DNA of 64,000 nucleotides from Octopus vulgaris (taxonomy: Eukaryota). The stretch covers positions 78,616,001 to 78,680,000 of the forward strand of contig OX597816.1 in the NCBI GenBank assembly GCA_951406725.2. The letters are read 5' to 3'. Position numbers and translations under genes: made by a program. Each line of letters begins with the position of its first letter. Positions within the stretch are counted from its first letter, which is position 1. The notes beneath the pieces were generated by a model that saw nothing but the letters and a program-made list of their open reading frames with translations, searched no databases and was not told the origin of the DNA. Shown here piece by piece: positions 25,066 through 36,723 of this stretch.

Positions 25066-26335
25066 TTTTATGATCCAAAACTAGGTCAAAAGTACTGAAT
25101 AGATCTTTATGAAATTTGGAAATTATATTCTATGCATAACAGCCATAATCCCCATGGCACTTCATATATTTTTGCTGTTGATGAAATTTTAACCATAGAT
25201 ATTAGACGCAAATGAAGTAATATTTATAAAATTTCATCTTCTTACAAGTTAGAAAGACCCCTCCATGAGGACTTAACACCCACAAGTTACTCATTTTATC
25301 TAAGCAAAGACGAATACAGTTCTACTCTTGGAAGCTGAAGGGTCACCCGAGCATAAAAGATGAGCATTATTTGTAATTCAATGGTACGATAGTGTAAGAG
25401 TTTGCTTTGACATACACTTAGATTGTGATTTCTGCAATGTGGTGCATAAATTGTCAAGTAAATGAGAAGCATCTTTGCCTCCACTGATTCAGTAGCAAAG
25501 TGTTGAGTAAAGTTATTTGATTGCAGACCTCCTTTCAGTCTTTTTATTATCACTGGGTCATACATAGTCTCCAGATGGTAAGATTGATTTCAAGGTCTTC
25601 CCAGATGAGTGACTGGTTATTCAAAAAATTTATAAATTTTAAATTTATTCTGTCCAGTTACGTATCAGTATAGTGGTCATTTGCAAACTCCAGAGGTGAC
25701 ACTTTCATTTCTCCTTAGCCCTCACGTCACACAGTTGTTAATGTTTATTTCAGCTGGGTCACGCCCTTCTAATTGCTATAGATCCGTAATGCATCTTACG
25801 GCTGTGCCTGTCACCTGGATGGTGAGGAATCCTACATTGGGAGTGGTAATGACTAGGGTAGGGTAGCTGACAGCTTATTGTGATCATTCGTCTTTTGGTT
25901 TCCTGTAGCTTTGCTCTCTTTTACAAACCCAGTGAACATATATTTCCTATTTCAAAGATATTCAAACAATAGATATAAGACCCAAGTTAAAAAGATTCTC
26001 AACAATTCAACTTCTCTGGTTGACATTAACACCCCCACCCCCAATAGGGGCCTTAACTCCAACATTTTAGAGCTCCATGACCTCCATTTTCAGGAACAAA
26101 ATCCTTTTAACAGGTTCTATAAGACTGGAATTTTGGAATATGCGCATAAAAATCAGTAGTATGGGATACATGTGGCACGATTACAATTTTTTAGGGTGTG
26201 TAAAGAGGAAAATAACCTTCATCTGCAATTTTGATGAAATTCGAAACAGGTATTCCAGTTCATTACAGAAAATATAACAGAAAAGTATAATTCTTCAATC
26301 GCATGTGACACGGGCAACGCCGGGTATCTCTGCCA

Positions 26336-26390
<55 letters not shown>

Positions 26391-26392
<2 letters not shown>

Positions 26393-26688
26393 ACTTATAA
26401 ACAAGGGCAAAAGAAAAATCATTTCTATGCCAATATGCTGAAAGCAGACTTTAAATCGTCAATTTCCACATTTCATTTTACAATCACTATAAATGCACGT
26501 CGTGCTGAAATCGAGGAAAGCTAGCTAACAGAATTAAAAAAAAAAGTTCCTTAGCTAGCTTTTCTCGATTTCAGCACGACGTGTATTTATAGTGATTGTA
26601 AAATGAAATGTGGAAATTGACGATTTAAAGTCTGTTCTAAGCATTTTGGCATGGAAATAATTTTTCTTTTGCCTTTGTTTATAAGTTG
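26391..26688. repeat. Fold-back element 1 (arms ~137 bp, loop ~22 bp) next to (TA)n
   Basis: caacttataaacaagggcaaaagaaaaat...agctagctaa pairs with ttagctagct...ttttcttttgcctttgtttataagttg. Confidence 0.88.
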
Positions 26689-26782
26689 TTTATAATTTTA
26701 ACTTTTAAAGGTATTTTAATATGCAGCCACTTTTAATGAAATTTTTTTTCTGAAAAAATATTATCCTATATTAGTAATATAT

Positions 26783-26853
<71 letters not shown>

Positions 26854-26943
26854 CTAATGTAGGATAAATTTTTTTTTCGGGAAAAAATTTTTATCAATGG
26901 CCAGCAAATCAAAAAAATACCTTTAAAGGTTAAATTTATAAAT

Positions 26944-27328
26944 AATTTACAAGATAAGGGCAAAAGAAAAATTCTAATGCCAAATATGCCTAAGAAAAGA
27001 CAAAAATTGTCAATAACCATTATAATTTATGCGTCTCGAAACAAACCGATAGAAATTTCTAAAAAATCCGTTATTACCGTTTTGGTCCCAATTTCGGGGT
27101 TAATTCATAAGAATTTTCCCCTCTTCAGCGATAAATACGTGAGATATAAGTGAAATACTTACTCATACCCATGGAAAAATTGGGACCAATACGGTAATAA
27201 CGGATTTTTTTAGAAATATCTATCGGTTTGTATCGAGACGCATAAATTATAATGGTTATTGACAATTTTTGTCTTTTCTTAGGCATATTTGGCATTAGAA
27301 TTTTTCTTTTGCCCTTATCTTGTAAATT
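26944..27328. repeat. Fold-back element 2 (arms ~150 bp, loop ~85 bp)
   Basis: Near-perfect arms; the ORF track shows the same peptide MVIDNFCLFLGIFGIRIFLLPLSCKL on both strands. Termini are related to element 1. Confidence 0.92.
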
Positions 27329-27344
27329 ATATATATATATATAT

Positions 27345-27640
27345 AACGTAGTCTACAGCATAAGATGCATAGAAGGAGTTTGTAAGGACAGAAATATGGC
27401 ATACATTAGCGAAATCTCTAGGAGTTTAGTAGAGAGGCAAAACGAACATTGGAGGGAATATACTGACAAGAAACAGTCATCCATACTCTATCAACATGCC
27501 AAAGGCCAACATGGTGGAAAACTGGGCCGAATTGACATTCGCATTTTGTCCAAACACTCAAAAGACTCATCACTTAGACAAAAATAAGAGTATGTTCTCA
27601 TAAATGAAACATTGTCCACATTAAATGGAATTAGGAGGTA
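27345..27640 (+). mobile_element. Penelope-like GIY-YIG endonuclease fragment
   Basis: NVVYSIRC...C...AYISEISRSLVERQNEH...S.LYQH...H. Confidence 0.7.
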
Positions 27641-27884
27641 GAGATACTTCAATGCCATGGATATCATCCCGCAGCATGCATACATAAGTACATTCGTAAG
27701 TAGGCAGTCGATTAAGTAAATAGTTGATAGGTAGATAAGTATGAAGTTTTTTAAGGAGTTAGGTTAGTTATATAGATTGTTTACTATTTAGTTAGTTATG
27801 TAGGCCGGTAGATAGGCTAATAAGTAGTTAGGTAGGTGGGTAGGTCAGTAGATATGCATCTAGGTAAATAGGTAGTATGGACAA

Positions 27885-28460
27885 GCATGCATATACACAC
27901 GCACAAAAGCACACATACACACAAGGACACAGAAGCATACGACCATACACACGAACACTACGCACACACCAAGCACATGCATACATATACACCACGCACA
28001 CGCATACACACACAACACACACATGCATATATACACACCATACACGCACCTAAGCGCACATAAAGCATACGGGCAACACACATACATGCACGGACACACA
28101 CATCATGCATATATACACATACACACGCACCACGTACATGCACGTACACACATGCACAGGCGCACACGTATATACACAAGACATACACATACCACGCACG
28201 CACACAGACATAGACATATACGACACACAACAGGCACATGTGCACAAATACACAAACTCATACGCAAAGACAAACGCAAGCTCGTACGCATACGGAGCAA
28301 AGTATACGGAAACACATACACACACATATACATACACAAACTCACAATCATGCACACACATAGACACAAAAGTACTTGCAGAATACATACATACGCAAAC
28401 ACACACGCGCACTGGCACGCACACACACACACACGCACACACACACACACACATGCACGC
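27885..28460. repeat. Degenerate (CA)n/(CATA)n low-complexity tract
   Basis: Imperfect purine-pyrimidine alternation over ~570 bp, producing spurious His/Thr and Val/Cys ORFs. Confidence 0.9.
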
Positions 28461-29029
28461 AACAAGGTCCCAGACAGATCAACGCGGCCTCTGTAACAGA
28501 CTAAGAGAAAAGTAATTGAAACAGTTGCAAATAGCAACGAAAAAGCTTTGACAAAAAAAAAACAGACAAACAAAAACAAAACAGACGACTTACTATCTAA
28601 CCAAATTAAAGAAACAATCAATTAATTGGTTGTGTCAAGAGTGGAATTGAATCAGAGCGTGTGTTAATAATATTGGCATAATAAATCTTCCGAGACACAA
28701 CAATATCTATCTATCTATCTAATAAATTTTTCAGGATCTGATAGAATCAACGTATTTAAATAGCAAATGCACCAAGGTAGAGTCAGAGATACCATACCTG
28801 TGCACTAACAGTGTGTATAGGCACATACGTATTTAATCAAGTAAATATGAATTTGTTCTTCTAATTATGCATACATTCACAAGTATTGACCGAATACATA
28901 ACGTATACGTAAAATCGTACAGGAATACACTCTGGCACGTATTTCACAGCTAAATATAGGCTCAAGATCCAACACAAAGAAGGCTCCAAGTGTGATGAAG
29001 TATAAACGATAACACAGATAGGTTGATAT

Positions 29030-29107
29030 TCACTACAGATGTTTCAGAAGTGTTCTTTATTGAACAAAACAATACGCCCTGTAACAAAAACCGTTTTCTT
29101 CGGGTGA
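29030..29107 (-). ncRNA. Degenerate minimal hammerhead-like motif
   Basis: Minus strand: tcac-CCGAAGA-...-GAAAC-atct-GTA-gtga. Stems I and III are present; stem II pairs poorly. Confidence 0.35.
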
Positions 29108-29184
29108 GTAAAGAGTAAAATTTAACATGAAGGAATTTTCACACAAAGAGTACATAATGCGTATTAAACCTTCCATCTCAGTTA

Positions 29185-29785
29185 CAGCTGAGTGAATAGG
29201 GAATGCTATGTCGATGTAAATATAAATGGTAATAAATTAATCAACACGTTTAAAGAATTGAAATAGAGGAACAAAAGGAAGAGAAACAGAAAAGGAGAAA
29301 AAGGAAATGGAAAAAAGAAAAAACATAAAAGCAAAAAATCTCATCCACTTAAAGGATGTCACAGAGATTCAATGGTCTAATAATCAATGGTACGAGATGG
29401 CTGGTCAACATCTGATGGTATCAAGATAAGCAAGAGAATGAACGATTGTAAATAAAATTAAGATGAGATGCAATAAAGAAGAGACTGGCGCCTTTGCTGT
29501 TATGTGGTGGTACCTTCACTTTACTTCATCTCTTCTTTATAACATTTCATCTTAATTTTATCTACATTCGTTCGGTCAGCCATCTCGTTTCATTAACTGT
29601 TGGACCCATGAAATTCTTTGACATCCTTTAAGTGAATGAGAGACATTTCTTTTTCTTTTTCCTCTTTTCTTCTTTTCTATCTATTTTCCTTTACTTCCTC
29701 TATTTCAGTCCCTTAAAAGAGTTCATTAATTTATTATCATATATATATCTACGTCGAAATTGCATTCTCTATTCACTCTCCTAGC
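29185..29785. repeat. Old diverged fold-back (arms ~260-300 bp)
   Basis: Collinear inverted matches: gagtgaatagggaatgc/gcattctctattcactc, cacttaaaggatgtca/tgacatcctttaagtg, cgagatggctg/cagccatctcg, aaagaagaga/tctcttcttt. Confidence 0.8.
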
Positions 29786-30072
29786 TCTAACCGAGATGGC
29801 AGGGTGAATACGCATTATGCACAACTAGATCGTAACCGTCGCTAGGCAGCCGGTAAAAATATTTGTTAATCATGCACATATCTTCATAAATTATTGAAAA
29901 CGAAAGTCTTTTTTTAAAGACTGTGTTGCGTTTTCTATACGTTGAAAGACACAGAAACATACGTACACATCCACCCACACCCACACACATACATACACAC
30001 ACATGCACTCACACATACACACACAACAAAAGAGACTAACTATACATATGTATGTACATACAGCGTTTGTTT

Positions 30073-30810
<738 letters not shown>

Positions 30811-32284
30811 CCCTTGTAACAATACGTTGTATATTTTGATTCCTCTCCTTCTTTTCCTCTCTTTAATAGATGTGATGGGCAGACAGATGGAAATCTGCTT
30901 CTTTTTTATCACTCAACTACGGTAGTGGTTGAATAATATTTTTAAGGCCGCAATTTACTCACATGCAGCTTCTTTCAGAGCTTGTCGCTCATTCAGTTCT
31001 TAACTAAATTGAAAATTGTTAACATTTTAAAAGAAGACTGGTCCCTAGCTACAATTTGGCATTAAAAGAAACTGAGATTTGTACCAGTAGAAAAGTTTAC
31101 ATCAAAATTTGTAGCAACGTTATAGGAGGTAAATAACGCCAACAATCAAGTTTAGATCTAAATAACTTTTTTTTTTATTTTAAAAGCAAAATATATTTAC
31201 TTTAGCTTCAATGATAGAAGAAAGCCTGAAAAATTTCATAGTTTTTGTTTCATGTAACAAAAATTTGTATCAAAAAGTTGTGAGGTAAAATATCATGTAA
31301 AAAATATAAGTAAGGCAAAAAATTGGATTTAAGTGTAATTAACTTTTTCTGTTTTATTGGCAAACTACATTTTAATTAAGCTTAAATGATAGAGCTCAAT
31401 TCGAGGAATTTCATGGTATGAATCTCATAGAATGAAGTTTTAAAAGAAAAAAAGTTATGAGTGTTTGTTTCTCAAATTTGAGGGTGATAATAAAGTTCCA
31501 TACTTTTTTTATAAATATAGTTCGATTAAGAAGACTTTTAACATATGTCACTGGCATCATTGAGATAAGGAAAAAAAGTTATCAACGACCGCTAAATGAC
31601 ACATTTGACACACTATTAATTAGTATAATAGCATAGCCTGAAAAAAAAATGGCTCACATGGAAAAATGCGAGCAGGAGAAATAATATTCTTAAAATTATA
31701 AACCTGGAAAATTACAGGACAAGTTATTGCACCTGTAAAAGTTCAGGACAACTTATTACATCTGGTAAAGTAAAGAACAAGAAAATCCTAACTTAAAATA
31801 TTGCAGCTAAGGATAAAGTTTGAATATTAAAAATCATTTGATTTAAATTTACTAAGTAATATTATAATTAAAAAAAACGTACCGTCATTTTGCTAAGATA
31901 TTGACACACTAGGATGCTTAAAAAATAAGAGCCAGAAGTACCAAAATAGCTAAACTTTTATGCAAAGTAGAAGAGTATATATGGTGGACAAATTCATAAT
32001 GTAAAAAATAGGCATTGGGTCAAGACTAAAAATGTGAAGCCTTGGCAATAACTTAGGCAATAACTCAAGCAAATTCTACTGTGAATTTGTTATTGTAAGG
32101 AGATTTTACTGTAATATATAACTAATTTTTGTATTATTCTATTTATTGTTCTAACTAATTGTGTACTACTATTATTTTTATAACCTACTTTCAAATTTCT
32201 AATTATTGATTAATAATTAAAAAATAAATTCTTTTAAAGCATAAAAATATTTTAATTGGGTTATTTTTAATAGAAGTAACAAAT

Positions 32285-32585
32285 ATTCACTGATCTTCAG
32301 CTTTATGTTAACATCCGCTGGGCAGTTAATTTCCACAGCTGTGCACAGTTTCTCTTCTCTATCCCAAATCATTATATAAGGTCTGTTGTGCTTACATATT
32401 ATTGAGGTTTTCACTGGGACATTCCACCAGTTCTCCATTTTTTATGAGTGGCTATGGCCTCTACCATATTGTGGGTTCTTATTTCTTTGTCCTGGGGTTA
32501 TCCTTCTGATGGATTTCCTTCTAGAGTGTCCTAGCTACAACATCATGTCTCATTGGTAGGTAATACCGTGCGACATTTTCAGAAG
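32285..32585 (-). mobile_element. Dong/R4-like RLE fragment
   Basis: WWNVPVKT...HNRPYIMIWDREEKLCTAVEINCPADVN. Confidence 0.7.
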
Positions 32586-32931
32586 ACTGCGCAGGAAGAC
32601 AAACGCCAAAAACCATGTGATTTGATCAGTGTACAAATCAATCTGCAGAAGATCTCAAGTTTAGTTGGAGTATCCTTACGCACAGTTTATAACGTCAAGA
32701 AGAGAATGGACACGGGCAACGGCACATAGACTCAGATAATATGACTATCCAGTGAAGCTAACGTGGAATTACCCATTGGAGGGATTCACAGTATGAGTGA
32801 CAACTCCTAGTAGTCATTAGTGTTAAAATGTTAAATACTAATCAATGCGGTTAGTTGTAACCTGGAACATAACTGAGAGCTACTACGGTGTCCGCCTGGG
32901 TAATATATTCCTCTAAATTAACGTGAATACA

Positions 32932-33007
<76 letters not shown>

Positions 33008-33009
<2 letters not shown>

Positions 33010-33938
33010 CGATCTCAAGATTAATCAGCCGAAATTGCGAGGATGATCTGGTTCTTGACTGAAGATTAGTGGCTTCGAATGACTCGTCCGTTTTTTGTGT
33101 CGTCTCTTTGAATGTTTTGCATTCTTGTCCCATTTTGTATTTTTATGTATAATTTTTATACATATATTATTGCAGCGTAACGTATATCTTGTTCTCTTAT
33201 GTATGTAAGCATTCCACTATTGTACGACTTCTACACAAACTTTCTCTATACTTCACTAGTCTCTGTCTTTCTCTTTTCTTGCCTCTGATTCATTGGTCTC
33301 CTCTTCCCCCACTCTCTCACATTTCTCTGTCTTTCTCATTTTGCACCTCACTGATTCTGTCGCCAAGCCAATCCTTGGCACGCTCTCTTTCTTCTCCTCT
33401 CTTTAATTCATTCTTTCTCCCCCCCCCTTTGGTGCCTTTGTCCTTCTTTTTCTCTCTCTCTTTGATTCCTTTGCCCCCTTTTTCTCTCTCTCTTCTCCTC
33501 TCACATGACCGCCGGTCAACTAGCCTTTCGGCTTCTGACCTCCGCCACGACAACATCGTTTTCTTTGTCTGCCGCAAAGGCATTTTTTCCCAAATACGCT
33601 AGCTAAGCTAAGTTGAACTGTCTAAAGTCGTAAGATACCCGCTGTTTTTGTCCTGTTATTACTATAATTGTTTTTTGTATTTATAGTCGTGTGGCATCGT
33701 CCGTTTTTCTGTCCTTGTTTCATATATATTCGATCCTTTTTCCAAGAAATCTAATGCTCGTAGCTTAGTTTTTCCTTGGGGCTGGCCGGATCGGAGCGAT
33801 CTCAAGATTAATCAGCCGAAATTGCGAGGATGATCCGGTTCTTGACTGAAGATTAGCGGCTTCGAATGACCCGTCCGTTTTTTGTGTCGTCTCTTTGAGT
33901 GTTTTGCATTCTTGTCCCATTTTGTATTTTTATATATA

Positions 33939-33945
<7 letters not shown>
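33008..33945. mobile_element. Non-coding element with ~150-bp terminal direct repeats, embedded in (TA)n
   Basis: 33008-~33158 and 33795-~33945 differ at about 5 positions. Period is 787 bp and the interior is CT-rich. Confidence 0.8.
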
Positions 33946-34016
<71 letters not shown>

Positions 34017-34322
34017 TAGCAAAGATACCCGGCTTTGTTTGGGATTAAAGCGACATAGTTTGTTACTGTTTTACAGGTTTCAGTCGTGTGACTTTAGCGA
34101 TGATGGAGCACCGACTTTCGTCCCCAGGATTTATGCTTTGTAAGCCTAGTTCTTATTCAGTTGTCAAGTGATTGTGGGCGTGAAAACGCAAGCACACACA
34201 AAAGCACAAATATACACATATATACGACAGCCTTCTTTCAGTTTCGATGTACAAAATCCATTCACAAGGCATTGGTCGGCCTGAGGCTATAGTACACGCG
34301 CGCACGCACACACACACACATA

Positions 34323-34735
34323 GGCGCAGGAGTGGCTGTATGGTACGTAGCTTGCTTACCAACCACATGGTTCCAGGTTCAGACCCATTGCGTGGCACTT
34401 TGGGCAAGTGTCTTCTACTACAGTCTCGGGCCGACCAAAGAATTGTGAATGGATTTGGTCGACGGAAACTGAAATAAGCCCGTCATATATATGTGTGTGT
34501 GTGTATGTGTGTGTATGTGTGTGTGTGTGTGTGTGTATGTTTGTCCGTCCAACATCGCTTGACAACCTATGCTGGTGTATTTACATACCCCGTAACTTAG
34601 CGTTTCGGCAAAACAGACCGATAGAATAAATACTAGGCTTACAGAAAATAAGTACTGGGGTCGATTTGCTCGACTAAAGGCGGTGCTCCAGCATGGCCGT
34701 AGTCAAATGACTAAAACAAATAAAAGAATAAAAGA
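34323..34735 (+). mobile_element. tRNA-headed CORE-like SINE, family 2 (inverted partial copy at ~34060-34292)
   Basis: ggcgcaggagtggctgtatggta...ggttcagaccc A/B-box-like head, ggcactttgggcaagtgtctt core, and an A-rich tail. Confidence 0.8.
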
Positions 34736-34774
34736 AAACATATATAGACACATATATACATATATATATATATA

Positions 34775-34876
<102 letters not shown>

Positions 34877-35040
34877 AAGATATACTTATGTACGTACATA
34901 TATGCATATATGTGTGTGTGTGCATACCTGCATACATGTAGATATATACATAGTGAAACTATTAAAAGTGAGAGAATAGAAGTGAAACAACATAAAAGTG
35001 AAACCATTATATACAATATATATATATATATATATATATA

Positions 35041-36667
35041 CAGTGGCGGCCAAAATGTTCAGAACGGCATTGTTTTCGTCAGAAAAGTAGATAAAATTTT
35101 TTTATCAAAGTTGTTTTATATTCTATAATTTTCACAGACAATAAATACGATATCATTTGTTATTGTCTGAGATTTTGGTGTAATTTGAGAGGATAATAAA
35201 AAAGTTATGGATGATTTAGTGATTTACTGCAAAACCCATGGCGGCCAAAATGATCAGAACGGTTGCTTTTACTCCATGTTTTAGTATATTTAACCGTCGA
35301 ACTCTCATGTTTTGAATTTGTTTACGTGACGGTTCGTTTACTAAACATTAGTAAGAATATTTGCAGTGCACCTTGTTAATATAATGCCACTTACTCCGTT
35401 ACCAATTCGTCAGCAGATTATTAAGCTTCGAAGGAAGGATAATTTAAGTATTGGATCTATTGCAAAGATTGTTAACAAGTCAAAAAGTGTTGTACACGGT
35501 ATTCTTAAGGTCTACGATGATTGTGGTTCGTGTGAAGCAAGAAAGTTTACAGGTAGGCCAAGAAAAATGACCAAGAGAGAAGATCGTGCAATGGTAAAGT
35601 TGGTTAAAAAGGACAGATTTAAAACTGCTGCTGCTGTTTCTCGGAAAATGAGCATTGTATTGAAGAAAACTTTATCCCGAAAAACTGTGTCTCGTCGTTT
35701 AGTTGAACATTACCTACAAGCAAGAGCACCTGCAGTGAAGCCACTGATCAGCTCCAAGAATAAAAAGTGTCGTCTTACCTTTGCAACCGAACATGTGTTG
35801 TGGTCTCAAGAAAAATGGTAAACGGTGCATTTCAGTGATGAATCTAAGTTTATGTTATTTGACTCAGATGGGAAAAGGTACGTTCGTCGAAAAGTAGGTG
35901 AAAAATTGTCGCCTAAATGCCTTAAGACTAGTGTTAAATTCGGTGGAGGAAGTGTCATGGTTTGGGGGATGATATCTGGAGATGGTGTGGGCCCTTTGGT
36001 GCGATTACATGGAAAGGTAAATGCAGGAGTTTATAAACAACTTGTAAAAGATCATGTCTTGCCTGTGCTGAGAAATTCAACTAAGCGATCATCCATATTC
36101 ATGCAGGACAATGCCCCATGTCACAAGGCTAAGGTGGTCATGAACTTCCTCAAGGCTGAAAAGGTTATTGTTATGGATTGGCCTGCTCAAAGCCCAGATC
36201 TCAATCCTATTGAAAATGTATGGAATATTCTAGGAGAACGTTCGAAAGCCAGAAATCCTAAAACAACTGAACAATTATGGAATGCCCTTCAGGAAGAATG
36301 GAATAAGATCACCCAGCAAGAAATTGAAAATTTAATTTCCTCATGCAGTCGAAGATATCAGAGTGTGATTGAAGCTAACGGGCTTCACACTAAATATTAA
36401 ATAATTCCAGTATTCTCTGTCATTTTTGATTATTTTGTTATTTTTTCAACCGTTCTGATCATTTTGGCCGCCATGGGTTTTGTAGTAAATCACTAAATCA
36501 TCCATAACTTTTGTATTATCCTCTTAAATTACACCAAAATCTCAGACAATAACAATTAATATTGTATTTATTGTCTGTGAAAATTATAGAATATAAAACT
36601 ACTTTGATAAAAACCTATACTTACTTTTCTGACGAAAACAATGCCGTTCTGAACATTTTGGCCGCAA

Positions 36668-36670
<3 letters not shown>
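35041..36670 (+). mobile_element. Full-length Tc1-family transposon (IR/DR type), 1630 bp
   Basis: TIRs of ~220 bp (CAGT.../...ACTG), each with outer and inner direct repeats ggcggccaaaatgwtcagaacgg. Flanked by TA. Confidence 0.96.
35384..36400 (+). pseudogene. Tc1 DD34E transposase with a single in-frame TAA (35819-35821)
   Basis: The two track ORFs are in the same frame. GRPRK, FSDESKF, VMVWG, FMQDNAPCH, WPAQSPDLNPIEN; 34 residues lie between the second D and E. Confidence 0.93.

Positions 36671-36720
<50 letters not shown>

Positions 36721-36723
<3 letters not shown>

Noticed and set aside
27828-28621. Cys/Val- and His/Thr-rich ORFs
   Set aside because: Translations of degenerate (CA)n repeats.
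33040-33095. CTGAAGA...CGAAT as a hammerhead
   Set aside because: It lacks GAAA and convincing stems II and III.
34323-34400. tRNA gene
   Set aside because: The A/B-box-like head continues into a multi-copy SINE body and tail; no clean cloverleaf is evident.
35819-35821. Rescue of the Tc1 stop by A-to-I editing (UAA to UGG)
   Set aside because: It needs two edits and would give Trp-Trp. A simple nonsense mutation is more parsimonious and nothing in the sequence supports editing.
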